Shown here: positions 40,212 through 50,015 of the stretch, piece after piece
Layout: each line of letters opens with the position of its first letter
Position numbering within the stretch: the first letter of the stretch is position 1
Source of the DNA: Streptomyces sp.
GTDB taxonomy: Bacteria; Actinomycetota; Actinomycetes; Streptomycetales; Streptomycetaceae
NCBI RefSeq assembly: GCF_035644915.1
Contig: NZ_DASQNP010000006.1
Location: 996-64,995, forward strand
Direction: 5' to 3'
DNA: 64,000 nucleotides
Translations under genes and position numbers: made by a program
Notes under the pieces: model-generated
Told to the model about the DNA's origin: nothing
Databases searched by the model: none
What the model saw: the letters and a program-made list of their open reading frames with translations, nothing else

Positions 40212-40781
40212 ATGGCACGGGCAGGACTGACCACGGAACGCCTGGTCCGGGCAGGGGCGGAGCTGGCCGACGAGGTCGGCTTCGACCAGGTGACCGTCTC
40301 GGCGCTCGCCAGGCGGTTCGACGTCAAGGTCGCGAGCCTGTACTCGCACCTGAAGAACTCCCAGGACCTCAGGACCAGGATCGCCCTGCTCGCCCTGGAG
40401 GAACTCGCCGACCGGGCCGCCGACGCCCTGGCCGGGCGGGCCGGCAAGGACGCCCTGACCGCCTTCGCGAACGTCTACCGCGACTACGCCCGGGAGCATC
40501 CCGGCCGCTACGCCGCGGCCCGGATGAGGCTCGACCCGAAGACGGCGGCCGCCAGCGCCGGCGTCAGGCACGCGCAGATGACGCGGGCGATCCTGCGCGG
40601 CTACGACCTGACGGAGCCGGACCAGACGCACGCGGTCCGGCTGCTGGGCAGCGTCTTCCACGGCTACGTCAGCCTGGAGACGGCGGGCGGGTTCAGCCAC
40701 AGCGCCCCCGACGCCCAGGAGACCTGGCCACGCATCCTGGACGCCCTCGACGCCCTGCTGCGGAACTGGCCCGCGCCCTGA
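40212..40781 (+). CDS. TetR-family regulator (WHG-type C-terminus)
   Basis: LARRFDVKVASLYSHLK; VFHGYVSLE. Confidence 0.9.
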   Translation: MARAGLTTERLVRAGAELADEVGFDQVTVSALARRFDVKVASLYSHLKNSQDLRTRIALLALEELADRAADALAGRAGKDALTAFANVYRDYAREHPGRYAAARMRLDPKTAAASAGVRHAQMTRAILRGYDLTEPDQTHAVRLLGSVFHGYVSLETAGGFSHSAPDAQETWPRILDALDALLRNWPAP

Positions 40782-40867
40782 CCACACCCCCGCACCGACC
40801 GGTCCGTCGACCGCGCACCGCATCGGCGAATCCGGACCCCACGGACACTGCGATCGACAGGCTGACC

Positions 40868-42103
40868 ATGCACACCGAGCACGACTGGATCACCACGCCC
40901 ATCACCGCGGACCTCCTGCGCGGCGCCCTCGACCTGGAGCGCACCGAACACGGCGTGCTGCCGCACCGGCTGCCCGCCCGGGCCCGCGCGCAGTGCGCCG
41001 ACGGGCAGCTCGCCATGGCCGAGTCCCAGCCCTCCGGGGTACGGCTGGTCTTCCGCACCCGGGCCACCGCCGTCGAACTGGACACGCTGCCCACCAAGCG
41101 GGTCTACGCGGGCGTCCCGCCCCGCCCGGACGGCGTGTACGAGCTGCTCGTCGACGGCCGCCTGACCGGCCGGGCCACCGTGCCCGGCGGCAACACCCTG
41201 ACCATCGACATGGCCGCCGGGAGGGCCGAGCACCGTCCCGGCCCGGTCGGCACCCTCCGCTTCACCGGCCTGCCCGACCGCGTGAAGGACGTCGAGATCT
41301 GGCTGCCGTACGACGAGACCACCGAACTCGTCGCCCTGCGCACCGACGCCCCCGTCGAGCCCGTACCGGACCGGGGCCGCAGGGTGTGGCTGCACCACGG
41401 CAGTTCGATCAGCCACGGTTCCAACGCCGCCGGCCCCACCAGCACCTGGCCCGCGCTGGCCGCCTCCCTCGGCGGCGTGGAACTGGTCAACCTCGGCCTG
41501 GGCGGCAGCGCCCTGCTCGACCCCTTCACCGCCCGCGCCATGCGGGACACCCCCGCCGACCTGATCAGCCTCAAGATAGGCATCAACCTGGTCAACACCG
41601 ACCTGATGCGCCTGCGCGCCTTCACCCCGGCCGTCCACGGCTTCCTCGACACCATCCGCGAGGGGCACCCCGCCACACCGCTGCTGGTCGTCTCCCCCCT
41701 TTACTGCCCCATCCACGAGGACACCCCCGGTCCCGGGGCCTTCGACCTCGGCGCGCTCAGCGCCGGGGAACTGCGGTTCCGGGCCACCGGCGACCCCGCC
41801 GAGCGCGCCGCCGGGAAGCTGACGCTGGGCGTCATCCGGGAGGAGCTGTCCCGCATCGTGGAGCAGCGGGCGGCCGACGACCCCCACCTGCACTACCTCG
41901 ACGGCCGCGCGCTCTACGGCGAGGCCGACTTCGCCGAGCTGCCGCTGCCCGACCAGCTCCACCCGGACGCCGCCGCCCACCGCCGCATCGGCGAGCGCTT
42001 CGCCGGGCTGGTCTTCGGCGCCGACGGCGCCTTCACCGACCGCACCGCCCGGAACCGGGCCGCATCGCGTCACCCACGACCGGCGGGACAGCGCCCTCTG
42101 TAG
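40868..42103 (+). CDS. SGNH/GDSL hydrolase, SsfX3-like
   Basis: HGSSISHG, NLGLGG, IGIN, DQLHPD; ATG 40868. Confidence 0.85.
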   Translation: MHTEHDWITTPITADLLRGALDLERTEHGVLPHRLPARARAQCADGQLAMAESQPSGVRLVFRTRATAVELDTLPTKRVYAGVPPRPDGVYELLVDGRLTGRATVPGGNTLTIDMAAGRAEHRPGPVGTLRFTGLPDRVKDVEIWLPYDETTELVALRTDAPVEPVPDRGRRVWLHHGSSISHGSNAAGPTSTWPALAASLGGVELVNLGLGGSALLDPFTARAMRDTPADLISLKIGINLVNTDLMRLRAFTPAVHGFLDTIREGHPATPLLVVSPLYCPIHEDTPGPGAFDLGALSAGELRFRATGDPAERAAGKLTLGVIREELSRIVEQRAADDPHLHYLDGRALYGEADFAELPLPDQLHPDAAAHRRIGERFAGLVFGADGAFTDRTARNRAASRHPRPAGQRPL

Positions 42104-42186
42104 ATCCACAGGCGCTGGGCGCCTCCAACGAGGCCGAGCCCCTCGCCCAGGTGATCGCACGGTCCGCACCGCACGTTCGCTGGTCC

Positions 42187-43068
42187 TCAGCCGACGTCCG
42201 GTGCGGCGCGCGAGAAGTCGTACACCGCCCAGTCGGTGAGCGGGCGGTAGCCGAGGCGCCGGTAGAGGGCGTTGCTGGTGGGGTTGGACAGGTCCGCGAA
42301 CAGGACGACGTCCCTCGCGCCCGCGGCCAGCGCGGCCCGGCTCACCTCCGCCGTCACGGCGCCCGCGTAGCCGCGGCCGCGCAGGTGGGCCGGGGTGTAG
42401 ACGATGTCCACCTGGATCTGGCCGCCGATCATCGGGTTCATGCCCGCGATGGAGACGGGGGTGCCGTCCGGGGTCTCCCAGAACGTGTAGCGCTTGTCGG
42501 CGAAGCGGGTGCCGGCCCAGGAGTCGGCGTGGATGGAGACGTCTTCCCCGACGGCCTTGGCGAACTCGCCGCACCAGGACATGACGTGCTCGAGGTCCTG
42601 CTCGCCCAGGACGCGGCCCCGGCCCGCCGGCAGCGGCTCCGGTGGGGTGAGCGTGCCGAGGCGGTACAGACGGAGCCGCGTGTCGCGGAGTCCCGGCGTC
42701 GCCCCGGTGTGCCGCTGCCAGGCCTCGGCGAAAGCGGTGGCGGTGCCGTGGTCCGCGCTGACGCGGGAAAGGGAGTGCCCGAGGGCGGCCAGGCGGGCGG
42801 CGAGGGAGTCGGCCTGCTCGGGCGTGAGCGGGGAGAGGCCCAGAGCACGGGGCGGGAGGCGGTAGAAGGTGGCGCGGACCTCGCCCGCTCGCTCCAGCAC
42901 ACCGAAGACGGGGGCTTCGGCGCCGAACGCGTCCGCCCCCCGCGTTCGCACCCTCTCGGCCCACGTCAGTTGCATGACGTGCGGGCCGGGCCGCGAGCGC
43001 AGGAAGTCTCCGGCTCGGGCGAGGAAGTCGTCGACGTCTTCGGTGAGGTACCAGCCGTCCGGGCGCAT
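42187..43068 (-). CDS. GNAT acetyltransferase
   Basis: VYTPAHLRGRGYAG, NPTSNALYRRLGY. Confidence 0.87.
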   Translation of the reverse strand: MRPDGWYLTEDVDDFLARAGDFLRSRPGPHVMQLTWAERVRTRGADAFGAEAPVFGVLERAGEVRATFYRLPPRALGLSPLTPEQADSLAARLAALGHSLSRVSADHGTATAFAEAWQRHTGATPGLRDTRLRLYRLGTLTPPEPLPAGRGRVLGEQDLEHVMSWCGEFAKAVGEDVSIHADSWAGTRFADKRYTFWETPDGTPVSIAGMNPMIGGQIQVDIVYTPAHLRGRGYAGAVTAEVSRAALAAGARDVVLFADLSNPTSNALYRRLGYRPLTDWAVYDFSRAAPDVG

Positions 43069-43515
43069 GCTCCATGGTTCCCCACGCTCCGGAAGCGCCG
43101 AACGGTTTTCCGCCAGGGTGACTGTCCTTCGACGGCGAACCCGGTCGCTGCGTCGGCCAACCCGGTCGACGCCGCTTGCGTCGCCCCGGCACACCAGCCC
43201 GGGCGGAGCTGTCGATGCTGATCCTCCGCAGTTGCCCGGCCGGTGCGGACCTCCACGACGGCAGGCACCGCCACCGCCCCCAGCCCTCGCAAGGACCTGC
43301 ACAAGGCCACTTGGACAGGGAAAACGCAACTTCGACATGGCCCGCACAGGCAGCTACCTTCACCTGGACTTCGGCGGTCACCCACGGTCGCACAGGGGTT
43401 CCTCCAGGTAAGCCACCCGCGACGGGATGAGTCGGTCACGCCCCGCGAATCCTCGCCCCATCCGCAAGCCGCCGAACCGGGTCCGCACCAGGCACACCCG
43501 ACCAAGGAGAGACGC

Positions 43516-44073
43516 ATGCCCCATCTTGCTCTGTACACGTTCGGCGTCCTGAAGTCGCCTCTCGCCGATCCCTCACCTCTCACGCGCGAGTTCTACGACA
43601 TCGGTGAGGCCGTCTACCGGAAGATCAGTCAGCACCCCGGATACCTCGCGCGTGCTGAAGCGGCAGACGGTGACCGGGGCCTGCTCTTCGAGGCGGACTG
43701 GGGTGCGTGGGGAGAGTTCGCCGTACCGGCCTGGTACGGCAAGGGCCATACCGTGGAAACCACCGCCCTGGCCGCGACCCTCTCACTCTGGACCGGCCTG
43801 CGCCCCGCCTTCGACGCCGTCTACACCGGTCTGCACCGTGAGGCGCTGAACAGGCGTTACGACTGGTTCGAGAGGACAGGGCACCCGAATTACGTGTTCT
43901 GGTGGGTCTCCGACGGCGCGATACCCACCTGGCAGGACGGGGTTTCCAGGCTGGAGCACCTCCACGACCACGGCTCCGCGCCGCACGCCTTCACCTTCCA
44001 CCACTCGTTCGCCCCGGACGGGACTCCGACCAGGGTCAAAGGCATCGGGCCGAAGAGCGACCAGGTTCGCTGA
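43516..44073 (+). CDS. DUF3291-like protein
   Basis: AATLSLW, HREALNRRYDWF, VFWWV...PTW...RLEHLHDHG...AFTF; RBS AAGGAG. Confidence 0.78.
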   Translation: MPHLALYTFGVLKSPLADPSPLTREFYDIGEAVYRKISQHPGYLARAEAADGDRGLLFEADWGAWGEFAVPAWYGKGHTVETTALAATLSLWTGLRPAFDAVYTGLHREALNRRYDWFERTGHPNYVFWWVSDGAIPTWQDGVSRLEHLHDHGSAPHAFTFHHSFAPDGTPTRVKGIGPKSDQVR

Positions 44074-44260
44074 CCAGGAAGCCTGAACGACCGGGTTCGC
44101 TGTCAAACGCCTCGATTGAATGACGGCGAACAGTGGGAGCAACAGATCGTCCGGGACTCGTTCACCCCACCAGGTGGTTCCGGTGAGAAGCCACGGACAT
44201 ACCGGGAACGGACAAGTCCGGTCGGCCGACGCGACCGCCACGGGGCGGGTGCAACACTCC

Positions 44261-44278
44261 TGCAAGCACTTGCTTGCA
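44261..44278. promoter_or_regulatory. Palindrome upstream of XRE gene
   Basis: TGCAAGC-ACTT-GCTTGCA. Confidence 0.6.
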
Positions 44279-44308
44279 AAAGTTAGCGGAACGAGGCACC
44301 GTGGAGGC

Positions 44309-44722
44309 ATGGCTTCACTGCATGTCGGCAATCTCGGCGAGTTCCTGCGGGAGCAGCGGCGCAACGCCCAGCTCTCCCTGCGGCAGCTCGCCGATGCCGC
44401 CGGGGTGTCGAATCCCTACCTCAGCCAGATCGAACGGGGACTGCGCAAGCCCAGCGCGGAGATCCTCCAGCAGCTCGCCAAGGCGCTGCGGATATCCGCC
44501 GAGACGCTCTACGTCCGGGCCGGAATCCTCGACGAGAGAGAGCAGGCCGGCCTGGAGGTGCGCAGCGCGATTCTGGCCGACACGTCGATCAACGAGCAGC
44601 AGAAGCAGGTGCTGCTCCAGATCTACGGGTCGTTCCGCAAGGAGAACGGACACACCGAGGACGCCTCCAGTCCGGAGGCCGGAGACGCCCCCTCCGCCGG
44701 AGCGAAGTCCAGGACCCCATGA
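44309..44722 (+). CDS. XRE-family HTH regulator
   Basis: LGEFLREQR...SLRQLADAAGVSNPYLSQIERGLRKPSAEIL. Confidence 0.93.
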   Translation: MASLHVGNLGEFLREQRRNAQLSLRQLADAAGVSNPYLSQIERGLRKPSAEILQQLAKALRISAETLYVRAGILDEREQAGLEVRSAILADTSINEQQKQVLLQIYGSFRKENGHTEDASSPEAGDAPSAGAKSRTP

Positions 44723-44738
44723 CCAGGAGGAACCCTCA

Positions 44739-45491
44739 ATGCCTGACAAGACCACCCACAAGACCGCCAACAAGGTCAACGACATCCGCAAGGTCCTGGC
44801 CGACCCCACGCCGCTGTACTTCGCCGCCGGGGTGATCGACAAGATCCGCGAGGTGGCGCCCGAGCGCCTCGCCGCCGTGAAGGGGAAGGCCGCCGACCCC
44901 AAGGCCGTGCAGGAACGCTTCACCCAGCAGGCCAAGCAGACGCAGTCGAAGCTGACCGCGGTGTTCTCCGGGCTCGACACCGACCTGAAGAAGCTGCGCG
45001 ACCAGGCCCAGCACCTGGCCCTGCAGGGCGTCGGACTCGCCGCCGAGTACGCCGTGAAGGCGCGCGAGGGGTACGGCGAGCTGGCCGAGCGCGGACGCGG
45101 CGCGGTGAAGACCTGGCGCGGGGAGAAGAACGGCGCCGCCGCCGGCAAGGCGCCCCTGCAGACGGCGCGCGAGCGCAACGAGGTCGTCGTCCTGGAGGAA
45201 GAGGAGGAGAAGCCGCAGGCGAGGACGGCGGCGGGGGCCCGCGGCAGGGCCGCCCGGACCGGTACCGCGAAGAAGACGGAGACCGAGACCGCCCGGCAGG
45301 CCGCCGCCAAGAGGGCCGCGGCCCGCAAGAGCACCACCGGCACCTCGGGTGCCGCCAAGAAGACCACCGCCTCGCGGCCGACCCCGAAGACGGTGGCGAA
45401 GACGGCCTCCAGGCCGCCCCAGAAGCAGGCCGCTCAGAAGCAGACCGCCCAGAAGCAGGCCGCCGAGAAGCAGGACAAGCCGGAGTCATGA
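44739..45491 (+). CDS. HBHA-like coiled-coil protein with Lys/Ala-rich tail
   Basis: TPLYFAAG, coiled coil, LAERG, tail AAKK/QKQAA; XRE-HBHA-DUF2516 order. Confidence 0.7.
   Translation: MPDKTTHKTANKVNDIRKVLADPTPLYFAAGVIDKIREVAPERLAAVKGKAADPKAVQERFTQQAKQTQSKLTAVFSGLDTDLKKLRDQAQHLALQGVGLAAEYAVKAREGYGELAERGRGAVKTWRGEKNGAAAGKAPLQTARERNEVVVLEEEEEKPQARTAAGARGRAARTGTAKKTETETARQAAAKRAAARKSTTGTSGAAKKTTASRPTPKTVAKTASRPPQKQAAQKQTAQKQAAEKQDKPES
45420..45479 (+). repeat. 15-bp coding tandem repeat x4 (QKQAA)
   Basis: cagaagcaggccgct/cagaagcagaccgcc/cagaagcaggccgcc/gagaagcaggacaag. Confidence 0.85.
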
Positions 45492-45564
45492 GCCGGGCCG
45501 GGGCCGGGCACACCCTTCGTGTCCGGCCCCCGGGCCGGTAGCGTGGAGAGCCGACGACCGGCTC

Positions 45565-45933
45565 ATGGACGGGATGGTGGCCAGCGTGCTGTTGGAAGGC
45601 TTCAACGAGCTGTTGTTCTGGGTCTCCCTGGCCCTGCTCGTCTTCAGCATCTTCTGCTTCGTCGACGCGGCCCTGCGCCGCGAGGACGCCTACCGGGCGG
45701 CGGACAAGAACACCAAGGGATTCTGGCTGATCATCCTCGGTCTGACCGCCGCCGTGAACTTCCTTCCCGTCGGCCTGTTCATCCTGGTGATCGCCGGCCT
45801 GATCGCCGACATCGTCTACATGGTGGACGTGCGGCCCGCGCTCATCCGGGTCGGCGGGGGCGGCCGGGGCGGCGGCTTCCGCCGCGGCAGCAGCAGCGAC
45901 GGCCCCTACGGGCCGTACAACGGCGGGCGCTGA
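45565..45933 (+). CDS. DUF2516-family membrane protein
   Basis: RREDAYRAADKNTKGFWLIIL, VYMVDVRPAL. Confidence 0.85.
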   Translation: MDGMVASVLLEGFNELLFWVSLALLVFSIFCFVDAALRREDAYRAADKNTKGFWLIILGLTAAVNFLPVGLFILVIAGLIADIVYMVDVRPALIRVGGGGRGGGFRRGSSSDGPYGPYNGGR

Positions 45934-45977
45934 CCGGTGCCCGGGGCGCGGCGGGGCGGCAGGCACCGGCCCGGTCG

Positions 45978-47252
45978 CTAGCCCCGGTCGAGCAGCAGCA
46001 CCGCCACGTCGTCCGTCAGCTCGTCGCCGTTCAGCTCCCGCACCTCGGCGAGCACGGCGTCCAGCAGCTCCTCGCCGCGCAGTCCGGCGGCCATCCGCTG
46101 CCCGACGATCCCGAGCATGCCCTCCTGGCCGAGCCGCTGGTCGCCCTGGCCGACCCGGCCCTCGATCAGTCCGTCCGTGTACATCATCAACGTCCACGCC
46201 CCGCCCAGCTCCACCTGGGTACGGGGCCAGCGGGCGTTCGGCAGCACGCCCAGCGCCGGGCCGCCGCCGTCCTCGTTCGGCAGCAGCCGCGGTCCGCGTC
46301 CGCCGCCGGCGATCAGCGGCGCGGGATGGCCCGCCAGGCACAGTCCGGCCCGCCGCCCGTCCGGCGCGATGTCGACGGTGCAGAGCGTGGCGAAGATCTC
46401 CTCGCTGGAGCGCTCGTGCTCCAGCACCCGCTGGAGCGTCCCCAGCAGGTGGTCGCCGCAGAGCCCGGCGAAGGTCAGCGCCCGCCAGGCGATCCGCAGC
46501 TCCACCCCGAGCGCCGCCTCGTCCGGGCCGTGCCCGCACACGTCGCCGATCATGGCGTGCACGGTGCCGTCCGCGGTGCGCACGGTGTCGTAGAAGTCGC
46601 CGCCCAGCAGCGCCCGCGACCGCCCCGGCCGGTACCGGGCGGCGAACCTCAGCTCCGAGCCGTCCAGCAGCGGCGTCGGCAGCAGCCCGCGCTCCAGCCG
46701 GGCGTTCTCCTGGGCCCGCAGCCGCGACTCGGTGAGCTGCCGCTGCGCCAGGTCCGCCCGCTTGCGCTCGACCGCGTAGCGGATGGCCCGGCTCAGCACC
46801 CGGCCGTCCAGCTCGCCGCGGAAGAGGAAGTCCTGCGCCCCGACCCGTACGGCCTCGGCCGCGCGCTCGGCGTCGTCCTCGGCGGTGAGCGCCAGCACCG
46901 CGTGCCGGGGCGCCATCCGCAGCACCCGGCGCAGGATGGCCAGCTCGTCCGCGCTTCCCTCCTCGTCGTCCCGCTCCCCGCCGCGTCCGGCGGCGCCGTC
47001 GGACAGGGCGAGGTCCAGCAGGATGCAGTGGACGTCGTCGGTGAGCAGCCGCTCGGCCTCGGTGAGGTTGCGGGCGGTACGGACCCGCACCCGGCCCCCG
47101 GAGGCGTCGAGCAGTTCGGGGATCGCCAGGGAACCCGCCGGGTCGTCCTCGATGACGAGCAGGGTCAGGCCGCCGGCCGACACCGCCTCCGGTGCGGCCG
47201 ACTGCCGCGGCAGCGCCGCGGTCCCCACGTCGTTGCCCATGGATACGGGCAT
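45978..47252 (-). CDS. Receiver domain + SpoIIE/PP2C phosphatase
   Basis: LVIEDD, LLDLAL; GGDFYD, IGDVCGHG, YTDGL, DDVAV. Confidence 0.88.
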   Translation of the reverse strand: MPVSMGNDVGTAALPRQSAAPEAVSAGGLTLLVIEDDPAGSLAIPELLDASGGRVRVRTARNLTEAERLLTDDVHCILLDLALSDGAAGRGGERDDEEGSADELAILRRVLRMAPRHAVLALTAEDDAERAAEAVRVGAQDFLFRGELDGRVLSRAIRYAVERKRADLAQRQLTESRLRAQENARLERGLLPTPLLDGSELRFAARYRPGRSRALLGGDFYDTVRTADGTVHAMIGDVCGHGPDEAALGVELRIAWRALTFAGLCGDHLLGTLQRVLEHERSSEEIFATLCTVDIAPDGRRAGLCLAGHPAPLIAGGGRGPRLLPNEDGGGPALGVLPNARWPRTQVELGGAWTLMMYTDGLIEGRVGQGDQRLGQEGMLGIVGQRMAAGLRGEELLDAVLAEVRELNGDELTDDVAVLLLDRG

Positions 47253-47390
47253 GCCAGAGTTCCTCTTCCCTCCCCCCGAGGGCACACGGGCGTCGGAGTG
47301 AAGACGCCTTGGGCGACCATATCGGTCCCCGAGGGGTGCACGGAATGCCTTGTGGCATATGCCAAACGGCCGCCGGGGCCCGCTCACCGC

Positions 47391-48563
47391 CTACGCGTCC
47401 GGCCGCACCACCCCCAGGATCGGCAGCGAACCCGCTCCTGCCAGGGTGATCGGCCGCCCCGTCCGGGGGGCGTGGACCATCACGCCGTCGCCCACGTAGA
47501 GCCCGACGTGGCTGGCGTCACTCTGGTAGACGATCAGATCGCCGGGGCGCATCCCGGTGACCGCCACCCGCGGCAGCCGCTTCCACTGCTCCTGCGAGGT
47601 GCGCGGGATCGTCCTGCCCGCCGCCTCCCAGGCGCGCAGCGTCAGACCCGAGCAGTCGAAGGTGTCGGGGCCCTCGGCGCCCCACTCGTAGTCCTTGCCG
47701 ATCTGGGCCATGGCGAACGCGACGGCCTTCCTGCCGCGTGCCGAGGCCCGGTCGTCGATCTCGTCCAGCACGCCGGTTTCCAGCCATTTCGCCTGCCGCG
47801 CCCAGGCCGTCTCCTCCTCCAGCCTCCGCAGGCGCTCCAGCTCCCCGGCCGCCAGCTTCGACTCCAGCTTCTCGGCCCTGGCCAGCTCGGCCTCGATCCT
47901 CTTCTTCGCCGCCGCCTTCCTCCGGCGGTCCGCCTCCAGCTTCGCCCAGCGGCCGGTGGCCTCGTCCGCGTACTCGTCGAGGTCCTCCCTGGCCGTCCGC
48001 AGCCTGCCGATCAGGCCCCTGGCCGCCTGCTCGCCCTTGTGCAGCAGGCCGAGGTCGCGCAGGAAGTCGTCCGGGTCGCCGTCGAGGACCAGCCGCGCCC
48101 CGGGCGGCAGTCCGCCGCTGCGGTACTTCGCGCGGGCCATGGCACCGGCCCGGTCCGTCAGCTCCTCCAACTGCTCCCGGGTCCGTGCGATCGCCCGGGC
48201 CAGCCGTACGATCTCGCGCCGCTGCCGGGCGGCCCGCTCATCGGCCGCGTTGTACTCCTCGGTGGCCGATTCCACTCTGTCGTGCAGCTTCTCGATCTTC
48301 TTGTGGATCTCCTCCAGCCGGGCGGTGTCCGCCGCGCCGCCAAACTCCCCGGCGTCCGGCGGCCCGTCGGGCGCGCCGACGCCCGGCGGTCCCTTCGGCC
48401 CGGGCCCGCCCGGCTCCGCGTACGCCGTCCCCGCCGCGGCCGTCAGCAGCCCGAGTTGCGCACACACCAGCGCACAGGCGGCCACGCCCGCGAGCGCGGC
48501 CCCTCCCGGCGTCCTGCGCCGGCCTCGCCGGCCTCCCCTGGCGCCGTCCCCCTGCCGTCCCAC
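47391..48563 (-). CDS. Secreted coiled-coil NlpC/P60 peptidoglycan endopeptidase
   Basis: GKDYEWGAEGPDTFDCSGL, HVGLY, VHA; GTG 48563 after GGAGGGAG. Confidence 0.9.
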   Translation of the reverse strand: MGRQGDGARGGRRGRRRTPGGAALAGVAACALVCAQLGLLTAAAGTAYAEPGGPGPKGPPGVGAPDGPPDAGEFGGAADTARLEEIHKKIEKLHDRVESATEEYNAADERAARQRREIVRLARAIARTREQLEELTDRAGAMARAKYRSGGLPPGARLVLDGDPDDFLRDLGLLHKGEQAARGLIGRLRTAREDLDEYADEATGRWAKLEADRRRKAAAKKRIEAELARAEKLESKLAAGELERLRRLEEETAWARQAKWLETGVLDEIDDRASARGRKAVAFAMAQIGKDYEWGAEGPDTFDCSGLTLRAWEAAGRTIPRTSQEQWKRLPRVAVTGMRPGDLIVYQSDASHVGLYVGDGVMVHAPRTGRPITLAGAGSLPILGVVRPDA

Positions 48564-48706
48564 GCGTCTCCCTCCCACTCCGTACCCATCCGTGCGTAAC
48601 GCGTCACCGTCGCGGATCGTGCCACGCCCACCGGCCCGGACGACAGGGCTGTGGACAAGCCACCCCCGACAGGGGGACGAACCACGCAACTGCACCGTCC
48701 GCCGAG

Positions 48707-48750
48707 GTTCACCTCTCGTTCACCCTCGTCCGCCGGGCACTTCACCTGTC
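48707..48750 (+). promoter_or_regulatory. PHO box (PhoP 11-nt direct repeat units)
   Basis: GTTCACCTCTC (48707), GTTCACCCTCG (48718), one weak unit, CTTCACCTGTC (48740), all in 11-nt register upstream of pstS. Confidence 0.88.
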
Positions 48751-48884
48751 CTGCCTAATTTCGGCCTCGGGGAACGCGCGTCCGGTCGCCGGCGGACGCG
48801 GGCGGCTCCACATGCTGATTGACGACCCGGACACCTCATCGCTTGCCGACCCCACCGGCGGGCCCCAGGAAGGAACTGAACGAA

Positions 48885-50012
48885 GTGAAGCTTCAGCCCA
48901 CCCACCGGCTTCGAGCGATCGCTGTCGGCGCTGTCGCGGTCTCCAGCGCCCTGGTCCTGACCGCCTGCGGTTCGGACGACAACACCGGGGGCACCAACGA
49001 GGGCGGCAGCTCCAAGGCCGCGAGCAACATCAAGTGCGAGGGCGAGGGCAACCTGCTCGCCTCCGGCTCCAGCGCCCAGAAGAACGCGATGGACATCTGG
49101 GTCAGGAACTACCAGGCGGCCTGCGAGGGCGTCGGGATCAACTACAAGCCCACCGGCTCCGGCGCGGGCATCCAGGAGTTCCTGCAGGGCAAGACCGGCT
49201 TCGCGGGCTCCGACTCGGCCCTCAAGGAGGACGAGGTCGAGCAGTCCAAGAAGGTCTGCAAGGACGGCCAGGGCATCAACCTGCCGATGGTCGGCGGCCC
49301 GGTGGCCGTGGGCTACAACCTGTCCGGCGTGGACGACCTGGTCCTGGACGCCGAGACCCTCGCCAAGATCTTCGACTCGAAGATCACCAAGTGGAACGAC
49401 CCGGCGATCAAGAAGCTGAACCCGGACGCCGACCTGCCGTCCACCAAGATCCAGGCCTTCCACCGCTCCGACGAGTCCGGCACCACCGACAACTTCACCG
49501 AGTACCTGCACGCCGCCGCCCCCGACGTCTGGAAGTACGAGCCCTCCAAGGCGTGGGCCGGCAAGGGCGGCCAGTCGGCCGACGGCTCCTCCGGCGTGGC
49601 CACCAACGTCAAGAACAACGACGGCGCCATCGGCTACTTCGAGCTGTCGTACGCCACCGGCAACAACATCCCGACCGTGGACCTGGACACCGGCGCCGGC
49701 GAGCCGGTCGAGGCCACCGTCGAGAACGCCACCAAGGCCATCGCCGCGGGCAAGGTCGTCGGCGAAGGCAGCGACCTGGCCATGGAGCTGGACTACACCA
49801 CCAAGGCCGAGGGCGCCTACCCGATCGTCCTGGTGACCTACGAGATCGTCTGCGACAAGGGCAACAACAAGGAGACCCTGGACCTGACCAAGTCCTTCCT
49901 GGCCTACACGGCCAGCGAGGACGGCCAGAAGGCGCTCGCCGAGCAGGGCTACGCCCCGATCCCCGACGAGATCATCGCCAAGGTCCGCACCACCATCGAC
50001 TCCCTCTCCTGA
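48885..50012 (+). CDS. pstS: Phosphate-binding lipoprotein
   Basis: LTACG lipobox, SGSSAQ, GSGAG, FAGSD, HRSDESGTT; GTG 48885. Confidence 0.96.
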   Translation: MKLQPTHRLRAIAVGAVAVSSALVLTACGSDDNTGGTNEGGSSKAASNIKCEGEGNLLASGSSAQKNAMDIWVRNYQAACEGVGINYKPTGSGAGIQEFLQGKTGFAGSDSALKEDEVEQSKKVCKDGQGINLPMVGGPVAVGYNLSGVDDLVLDAETLAKIFDSKITKWNDPAIKKLNPDADLPSTKIQAFHRSDESGTTDNFTEYLHAAAPDVWKYEPSKAWAGKGGQSADGSSGVATNVKNNDGAIGYFELSYATGNNIPTVDLDTGAGEPVEATVENATKAIAAGKVVGEGSDLAMELDYTTKAEGAYPIVLVTYEIVCDKGNNKETLDLTKSFLAYTASEDGQKALAEQGYAPIPDEIIAKVRTTIDSLS

Positions 50013-50015
50013 CGC

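Noticed and set aside
43100-43515. Possible transposase fragment or leader peptide in the GNAT-DUF3291 spacer
   Set aside because: No recognisable DDE motif or terminal inverted repeats; ORFs lack coding signatures
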